DNA of 19,488 bases from the IMG/VR virus record IMGVR_UViG_3300036876_000145, positions 1 to 19,488 of that record; one strand, 5' to 3'. Positions 13,987 through 19,488 of the stretch are shown here, in pieces (the stretch's first letter is position 1; each line of letters opens with the position of its first letter). The position numbers were made by a program, and so were the translations under genes. The DNA is from a virus. Its lineage: Duplodnaviria; Heunggongvirae; Uroviricota; Caudoviricetes. The notes beneath the pieces were generated by a model. The model did no database searches. It was not told the DNA's origin and worked only from the letters and a program-made list of their open reading frames with translations.

Positions 13987-14047
13987 TAACACTTGGAAAA
14001 TCTCGATGTAGGTCTGGGAGTAAGTATTAAATAGGACACGGTAATGC

Positions 14048-14560
14048 GTGTCCTATTTTATGCCAGAAAAAAGAAAATATGTTGTTGGATTTTTATTTGA
14101 CCCCACTCTATCCCTCGTTGTTTTGATTCGAAAATTACGCCCCGGTTTTCAGGCCGGTTTATTAAATGGCGTAGGTGGAAAAGTAGAACTAGGAGAAACT
14201 GGTTACCAAGCTATAAACAGAGAATTTTTTGAAGAAGCGGGTATTCCAGACCTACCCTGGAAACATTATCTCACCTTAAACACCCCCAATTCCCATCTAG
14301 AATTTTTCAGCGCTATCGGCAATGTTCACAATGTTACAACTATACTTGATGAAGAAGTGACCGTCTATGAAGTTCTAGATGTAATGGATCGTTGTGATAC
14401 CATGCCAAATATTCGTTGGTGTATCCAGATGGCGAGAAGTTTATATTTTGGTGAACGAGCATCGGGGTTTGAAGTAACAGAAAACGCTCTTTCTGATCAA
14501 CATCACGATCACGATCAAATGTCTTTTGATTTTGAAGCAAATGCAGTTGTGAAACCATGA
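14048..14560 (+). CDS. NUDIX hydrolase
   Basis: Nudix box GGKVELGETGYQAINREFFEEAG. Start is GTG 14048 or ATG 14060. Confidence 0.88.
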   Translation: MSYFMPEKRKYVVGFLFDPTLSLVVLIRKLRPGFQAGLLNGVGGKVELGETGYQAINREFFEEAGIPDLPWKHYLTLNTPNSHLEFFSAIGNVHNVTTILDEEVTVYEVLDVMDRCDTMPNIRWCIQMARSLYFGERASGFEVTENALSDQHHDHDQMSFDFEANAVVKP

Positions 14561-15579
14561 AAGTAGAATCCAAACTTATTCTTACAAGTAAAAACCTACA
14601 CACAGGTGTAAATTTATACACTTTTGTTCTTGTGTATCCTCGTTGCATTTTAGCCGAAGTTAACACGCACCGCATGCTGAGTCGCAATACAGCATCATCT
14701 CGCGCTATACCCGCTCGTAAGCAACGGGAACGAGTGTTAACGGACCCCTTTGTGCCCCTTACCATCGGTCAAAATAAAAAAGGAATGCAAGCAGGTGAAG
14801 AACTAGCTGGCTGGAGAAAATTTGTAGCCCTTCAAACCTGGAAGTTCGCTCGTTATCCAATGGTGGGGGCGTCATGGATACTGGATAAAGTAGGAGCCCA
14901 TAAACAAGTTGTGAATCGGATTGTAGAACCATGGACATTCACTCAACAAGTAGTAACTTGTACCGATCTGAAGAACGTTTTCAAGCTGCGCAACCATCCC
15001 GATGCTGAGCCTCATTTTCATGAATTAGCTCGCCAAATGCAGGAACAAGTAGAGTATGTGAATCGTCTTTTTAAAATTCATGATCTTAACGCTAGGTGTA
15101 GAGGGGGTTATGAGAATGCCCCAGCATATCTAAACTCAGGGGTAAAGACCGGAAAATTGCAAGTATTACGCGCTACAGGTAACGAAATAGGGGATATGGA
15201 TTGGCATCTCCCATTCATTGATAACGAGGATGTTTATAAAGCGGTTTGTATTGAGCGAGAGGATAGAATAGCAGAAGAAAATCAAAGACATGGGCATATC
15301 CACAATCTCAAGCCAGTTCGAGGATTATATCTCATGGAAATCCTTAAGAAAATAAGTACCGCTAGATGCGCTAGAGTTAGTTATTTTCTACCTGAAAGCG
15401 GAGAAAGATCAGATATAAATCGTGATATTGAGTTGTGCGATCGTCTTAGCACCTCTGCACATTGGTCCCCCTTTGAACATATTGCTACGCCAATGGTATT
15501 AGATGAGTACAGTGGTAATTTTCGATCATGGAAACAATATCGAAAAGAATTTGAAGTAGAGGCAGGAGGGGATAGATAA
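14557..15579 (+). CDS. thyX: Flavin-dependent thymidylate synthase (phage type)
   Basis: ILAEVNTHRMLSRNTASSRAIP (variant of the ThyX RHRx7S motif); ARCARVSY; HWSPFEH. ATGA overlap with NUDIX. Confidence 0.85.
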   Translation: MKVESKLILTSKNLHTGVNLYTFVLVYPRCILAEVNTHRMLSRNTASSRAIPARKQRERVLTDPFVPLTIGQNKKGMQAGEELAGWRKFVALQTWKFARYPMVGASWILDKVGAHKQVVNRIVEPWTFTQQVVTCTDLKNVFKLRNHPDAEPHFHELARQMQEQVEYVNRLFKIHDLNARCRGGYENAPAYLNSGVKTGKLQVLRATGNEIGDMDWHLPFIDNEDVYKAVCIEREDRIAEENQRHGHIHNLKPVRGLYLMEILKKISTARCARVSYFLPESGERSDINRDIELCDRLSTSAHWSPFEHIATPMVLDEYSGNFRSWKQYRKEFEVEAGGDR

Positions 15580-16073
15580 TGGAACCCAATGTAGATAATA
15601 AGTGGAATACTGATGATGAAGCGTTAAAAGACAACCAGAAAAAATGGGATTTGAGATTTCTAGAGATGGCGAAACTAGTATCAACATGGAGTAAAGATAC
15701 TAGCACAAAATGTGGGGCCGTAATTGTAAGAGAAAATAAATCAGTAGCATCCGTTGGATTTAACGGATTCCCACAAAAAATGTCTGACGCGGATGAACTG
15801 TACAACAATCGAGAAGTGAAATATTCTAGGGTCATCCATGGTGAAGTAAACGCTCTACTTTTTGCTAATGAGCTGGTACAAGGTTGCACTTTATACACCA
15901 CCGGCCCTTGTTGTGATAGGTGCGCTGTGCAGATGATACAGGCCGGTATAACCAGATTTGTTGCTTATACAGCCCCGGAAATGGAACAACGATGGGGAGA
16001 AGCTTTTAAACGCACATTTAGCTACTATGAAGAGGCTGGGGTAGACCATAAAGAATATTCTGTGGTAGAATAG
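15579..16073 (+). CDS. dCMP deaminase
   Basis: WSKDTSTKCGAVI; GFNGFP; IHGEVNAL (HxE); PCCDRC Zn site; IQAGI. TAATG coupling with thyX. Confidence 0.92.
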   Translation: MEPNVDNKWNTDDEALKDNQKKWDLRFLEMAKLVSTWSKDTSTKCGAVIVRENKSVASVGFNGFPQKMSDADELYNNREVKYSRVIHGEVNALLFANELVQGCTLYTTGPCCDRCAVQMIQAGITRFVAYTAPEMEQRWGEAFKRTFSYYEEAGVDHKEYSVVE

Positions 16074-16086
16074 TTTATTGAGGATT

Positions 16087-17007
16087 ATGCCAACTAAACA
16101 AAGACCGTACAGAGTTGATTACTTCGACAAGCACGAGAGTCACATATACCCACCCAATATTAAATGGAACCAAGTTGATCATGATGCCAAGGCAGCGGTA
16201 CTTGTTCATTCGGTAATCGTGTGGACCGGAACGGCTAAAGACGCGAAACTTCTTCTTAGTGTGCCTGGTCGTTTTATTATTAGGGCTTATCGTTTTTACA
16301 AAAAACTCTCAAAGAGAAAAGTATGGAAGCCTTATACCCCAGCGTTAGCTAAGATCAAAGAATGTGGTTCATTTGCAGAGAAGTTCGACGAACTGTTCGC
16401 CTCCGACAGCGCATCTGCTGCACCTTTAACTGTTCGAGGTTTGGGATACGGAGATCAGGTAGAGATGAAATTATCTACCTTAGCGGATTGTCCAACTTGT
16501 CAAAGCACTGATAAAGATGTGCATCGTTGCACAGATGCTAGTTGCCTAGCAAGCCGAGAAGGAATATCAACTCATGAATTCACAGCTTGTACAGATTCTT
16601 GGCATGTCACTAACCCAGAAGCGCCTAAGCTGAATGACCCGGTAGAGGCGGAACGAGATATTGAAGCTGCAACTCATTATTGCCCGGTATGTGGTAGCAC
16701 CAGAAAAGAAGAACGCGGAGATATTCATTTTGTAAATGACGCCGGTAAATCTGAAATTGAATCATGCAAAAACCCTTGGCACGATAATGTATTTGATTGG
16801 ACAGATATATCTAAGTCTAAAATAGAAGATCTGTCTGACCCTCTGGAAAAGCAGGCATCGGATCAACCTCCCTGTAATCAACCAAGTTTCCAACTCGCAG
16901 ATGAAGGACAACAGCCCCGTGATCTCGGTCAAGTATTGGCTTGGGCTGCCATATTTAGTGGAGCTATAGTTATAGCCGCCACATTGATATACACCGCCAC
17001 TCGTTGA
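16087..17007 (+). CDS. Membrane-anchored hypothetical protein with two CPxC...CxxxWH Zn-like repeats (306 aa)
   Basis: GAGGA SD favours ATG 16087. CPTCQS...CTDSWH and CPVCGS...CKNPWH; C-terminal hydrophobic helix VLAWAAIFSGAIVIAATLIY. Confidence 0.75.
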   Translation: MPTKQRPYRVDYFDKHESHIYPPNIKWNQVDHDAKAAVLVHSVIVWTGTAKDAKLLLSVPGRFIIRAYRFYKKLSKRKVWKPYTPALAKIKECGSFAEKFDELFASDSASAAPLTVRGLGYGDQVEMKLSTLADCPTCQSTDKDVHRCTDASCLASREGISTHEFTACTDSWHVTNPEAPKLNDPVEAERDIEAATHYCPVCGSTRKEERGDIHFVNDAGKSEIESCKNPWHDNVFDWTDISKSKIEDLSDPLEKQASDQPPCNQPSFQLADEGQQPRDLGQVLAWAAIFSGAIVIAATLIYTATR

Positions 17008-17008
17008 T

Positions 17009-18131
17009 AAGCGAATACCTTATTAGGCGGTATTAGACACTATGCTACAAGTCCAACTCAAACTTCGACCTTGTAAGGCGCAAGAACAAATCTACGACCA
17101 GTGGCTCTATAATTTGGCTTCGGTTTACAACTTTGCCGTCCGCAAGATCGAGCTAAACGCCAAGGACAAAATCTACTTCTCCAAGAACGATTTTCAAAAC
17201 TTGTTGGCGAACCACGGAGAGAAGTTGGGTATACCGAGCCACACAATTCAGGGCGTGCTCTGCACCGTCCACGATGCGTGGAAGCGTTGCTTTAAGAAGA
17301 CCGCAGGCAAACCAAAACTCAAAGGGATGCGTAACAAGATGTCCAGCATCCCGTTCCCCGATCCCATCAAGGCACCAAAAGGCAACCGCATTACGCTTCC
17401 GGGTTTGGGCAGTGTCCGCTTTCACAAGCAGGAAATATCAGAGGGAAAGATCAAGTGTGGACGATTGATCAAGCGTGCGTCTGGATGGTATCTGTGTCTA
17501 TTCATAGACGCAGAGCCGAATCCGATTAAGCGTTTGGCGTTTGGGGCGATAGGCATTGATCCCGGATTTTCAAACCTGCTCACAACTTCGGATGGAGAGG
17601 TCATCGAACACCCACGGGAGTTAGAAGCGGCAGCAGAGCGTCTTGGACAAGCACAGCGTGGTCACAACAAACAGTTGGCAGCGAGGATTCAGGAGCGCAT
17701 CGCCAACCGCAAGAAAGATAGGAACCACAAGCTAACAACGAAGCTGGTATCTGAGAACGTGCTCATAGTTTGGAGCAAAGATGCAATCAAGGGAATCGCA
17801 AAACGATTCGGGAAGAGCGTGAGCAGTTCATCTCACGCACAAATTCGACAGATGTTGTCCTACAAGATGCCCAAAAGCGGTGGGACGTTTATCGAAGTTG
17901 CTTCCAAGTATTCCACCAAGACCTGTAACGAATGTGGTAATCCGACAGGACCCACAGGACTTGCAGAATTGTCGGTAAGGCAATGGCGATGTTCTGCTTG
18001 TGGAGCAGAGTACGACCGCGATGTCAATGCGGCTCGTAACACGCTATTCGCCGGGGCAGGATGTGCCCACGAGGAGTTGGCTTATGTCTAACTCGGACAG
18101 GAATCCCCAGAGTTTACTCTGGGAGCATCAA
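17009..18131 (+). mobile_element. Non-autonomous IS200/IS605-family (IS1341-type, tnpB-only) element
   Basis: Left: TTGAT at 17004-17008, then hairpin AATACC...GGTATT at 17014-17034. Right: GAAT (18101-18104), hairpin CCCAGAG-TTTA-CTCTGGG (18106-18123), terminal TCAA (18128-18131). No tnpA. The left boundary is inferred. Confidence 0.8.
17042..18091 (+). CDS. tnpB: TnpB RNA-guided endonuclease family protein (RuvC-II Glu apparently replaced)
   Basis: RuvC-I GIDPG (D173); Zn finger CNEC...CSAC; RuvC-III DRDVNAARN (D327); IVWSKD at the usual IxxEDL position. 349 aa. Confidence 0.93.
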   Translation: MLQVQLKLRPCKAQEQIYDQWLYNLASVYNFAVRKIELNAKDKIYFSKNDFQNLLANHGEKLGIPSHTIQGVLCTVHDAWKRCFKKTAGKPKLKGMRNKMSSIPFPDPIKAPKGNRITLPGLGSVRFHKQEISEGKIKCGRLIKRASGWYLCLFIDAEPNPIKRLAFGAIGIDPGFSNLLTTSDGEVIEHPRELEAAAERLGQAQRGHNKQLAARIQERIANRKKDRNHKLTTKLVSENVLIVWSKDAIKGIAKRFGKSVSSSSHAQIRQMLSYKMPKSGGTFIEVASKYSTKTCNECGNPTGPTGLAELSVRQWRCSACGAEYDRDVNAARNTLFAGAGCAHEELAYV

Positions 18132-18150
18132 TACCAACAATTAGCGTCCC
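17950..18150 (+). ncRNA. Predicted TnpB omegaRNA (right-end RNA) with guide from the flank; 5' boundary approximate
   Basis: Established IS200/IS605 architecture: scaffold overlaps the 3' end of tnpB and the right-end hairpin, and the guide is the flank after TCAA (TACCAACAATTAGCGT..., from 18132). Not directly visible as a gene. Confidence 0.5.
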
Positions 18151-18506
18151 GCACTGAAAGTACAGATTTTTCAACCATAGCTAAGCGTCTTTCTAATGAA
18201 AGAACGATTCGTCTTCTTCACGGTTCTTTAGGCATTCAAACTGAAGGTGGAGAAATAGCCGACGCTTTAAAGAAGCATATATTTTACGGCACCCCCCTTG
18301 ACATAGTAAATATTGCAGAAGAGGTCGGTGACTGCCTGTGGTATTTGGCTATATTCAGCAATGAAATCGGTATTGATTTTCCAACCATCATGGAAAACAA
18401 TATTGCTAAACTGAAAGCACGATATGGGGAAAAATTCTCCGAAGATCGGGCAGTGAATCGAGACTTGAAAACTGAGCGAAAAATCCTTGAAAATATAAAA
18501 ATATAA
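18084..18506 (+). CDS. MazG-like all-alpha nucleotide pyrophosphohydrolase; first 16 codons come from the IS right end
   Basis: YQQLASRT; LGIQTEGGEIADALKKHIFYG; EEVGDCLWYLA; NIAKLKARY. GAGGAG SD at 18071-18076 before ATG 18084. Confidence 0.85.
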   Translation: MSNSDRNPQSLLWEHQYQQLASRTESTDFSTIAKRLSNERTIRLLHGSLGIQTEGGEIADALKKHIFYGTPLDIVNIAEEVGDCLWYLAIFSNEIGIDFPTIMENNIAKLKARYGEKFSEDRAVNRDLKTERKILENIKI

Positions 18507-18637
18507 CTCTTTGTCCCGGTTGCAAGCATCCAATCGATAGACACACTGATACGGGTTGTATGGACAGGGTTGATGCCGCTGGAGATGTTGACTGGTGTGA
18601 GTGTTAGGGAAAAAGATTTTCGTGTTAGGAGTTTTTG

Positions 18638-18838
18638 ATGAAAGCTCGTGTGAAAGTTACCCCCGCTCGGATGGAACGCCTAATGTCCGGTAAACCCTTA
18701 GTTTACAATGTTCCAGCGGGGGTGACTGAGCTTGAACTTGTCCTGGATGATGGCGTTTTCGCCAAATTTGATAAGCTATTCTCAAAAACCTGGAATAAAG
18801 TGATGGCGAAAGCTGAAAAAACTATATCGGATCCTTAA
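18638..18838 (+). CDS. Hypothetical protein (66 aa)
   Basis: AGGAG SD; ATG 18638. Confidence 0.7.
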   Translation: MKARVKVTPARMERLMSGKPLVYNVPAGVTELELVLDDGVFAKFDKLFSKTWNKVMAKAEKTISDP

Positions 18839-18878
18839 GTAGGGTAGATCAGAGGTCTGCTCGTGAACAGGATACAGA

Positions 18879-19463
18879 ATGCCACCACGTTTTGTTGAAG
18901 TCGAAGAATCTAAAATTGTTGAAATGCGGGATACCCTTGATCTTTTGGAGATGCTTGATGCTGACTCCATAAAGGATATGAGGTTGCATATCTACGGGAT
19001 CACTACCAATCCTAATATTTTAGACGCTGCTAGAGAAGCCGTAGCTGATAGCGAGGATGTACAGGAAGAAGATGTACAAGTCAGCGAAGTAGCGGTTGCA
19101 TTGCCTCTCTCCGGAGATATTATTTATTACCTACACGGCAGCGGTTTGAAACTGGGGAACGATGATTTTGTTTACAGAGGAACTGGTGGTGAGGGTATAC
19201 GAACTTTGTCTTTCACATTCTCCACATTTAAGCCGCGAGCCACTTTCAAGGATTTCAGCAAACTGGCCGTTGCCTCATCTCAAGATGAACTAGTTGATTT
19301 TCTTCAAAAATATGGAACTCCTAATGCCGCTGAAGTTGTTCCCGCAGTACATCGTACAGAAGAAGCCACGGTTCCTCAAGCACCAATTTCCCCCACCAAC
19401 CCAGGCATTCCCAAGCAGACATCTTTCCTTTTAGCCGATATCGTCAACAATCTATTGGGCTAG
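18879..19463 (+). CDS. Acidic hypothetical protein (194 aa)
   Basis: Long ORF with a GGA SD-like motif; no motif recognised. Confidence 0.75.
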   Translation: MPPRFVEVEESKIVEMRDTLDLLEMLDADSIKDMRLHIYGITTNPNILDAAREAVADSEDVQEEDVQVSEVAVALPLSGDIIYYLHGSGLKLGNDDFVYRGTGGEGIRTLSFTFSTFKPRATFKDFSKLAVASSQDELVDFLQKYGTPNAAEVVPAVHRTEEATVPQAPISPTNPGIPKQTSFLLADIVNNLLG

Positions 19464-19488
19464 ACAACTCCAAAATTTTACTGTATTA

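Noticed and set aside
14340-15901. Minus-strand ORFs 14340-14765 and 15485-15901
   Set aside because: Shadows of NUDIX, thyX and dCMP deaminase; all credible genes in the window are on the + strand.
18000-18083. Track start at 18000 for the MazG-like gene
   Set aside because: Deep inside tnpB with no SD; ATG 18084 has a perfect GAGGAG.
5271-18091. RNA-guided activation pair of the dCas12f-sigmaE type (dead TnpB plus ECF sigma)
   Set aside because: The genes are about 11 kb apart, and tnpB keeps transposon ends and a flank-derived guide. No linkage evidence, though a co-folding test would be cheap.
17009-18131. IStron (group I intron fused to the IS)
   Set aside because: Only about 33 nt lie between the inferred left end and the tnpB start, leaving no room for a ribozyme core.

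Overview
A gene-dense segment with essentially all genes on the + strand, best read as part of a large dsDNA bacteriophage genome. The host may be Acidobacteriota; this is inferred from the style of the IscA, IscU and PEP-CTERM proteins. Recognisable genes: class II ribonucleotide reductase, Fic-domain protein, ECF-type sigma factor, PEP-CTERM surface protein, dual-specificity phosphatase, an iscA-iscU pair, a three-gene cassette (N4/N6 MTase, HNH nuclease, C5 MTase), a dTTP-supply cluster (NUDIX, thyX, dCMP deaminase, MazG-like), and a tnpB-only IS200/IS605-family element with recognisable ends. Strongest leads: (1) a small Cys-rich ORF carrying TPEEKLLRAIFGE, an exact copy of the RNA polymerase beta flap-tip helix, which could be a decoy for sigma region 4 or NusA, encoded near a divergent phage sigma factor; (2) a TnpB whose RuvC-II Glu is replaced by Ser, inside an element whose right end supplies the RBS, ATG and first 16 codons of the downstream MazG-like gene; (3) a second protein in the +1 frame inside the C5 MTase, resembling the M.EcoHK31I-type beta subunit. 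All homology calls are by-eye motif recognition; no searches were run.
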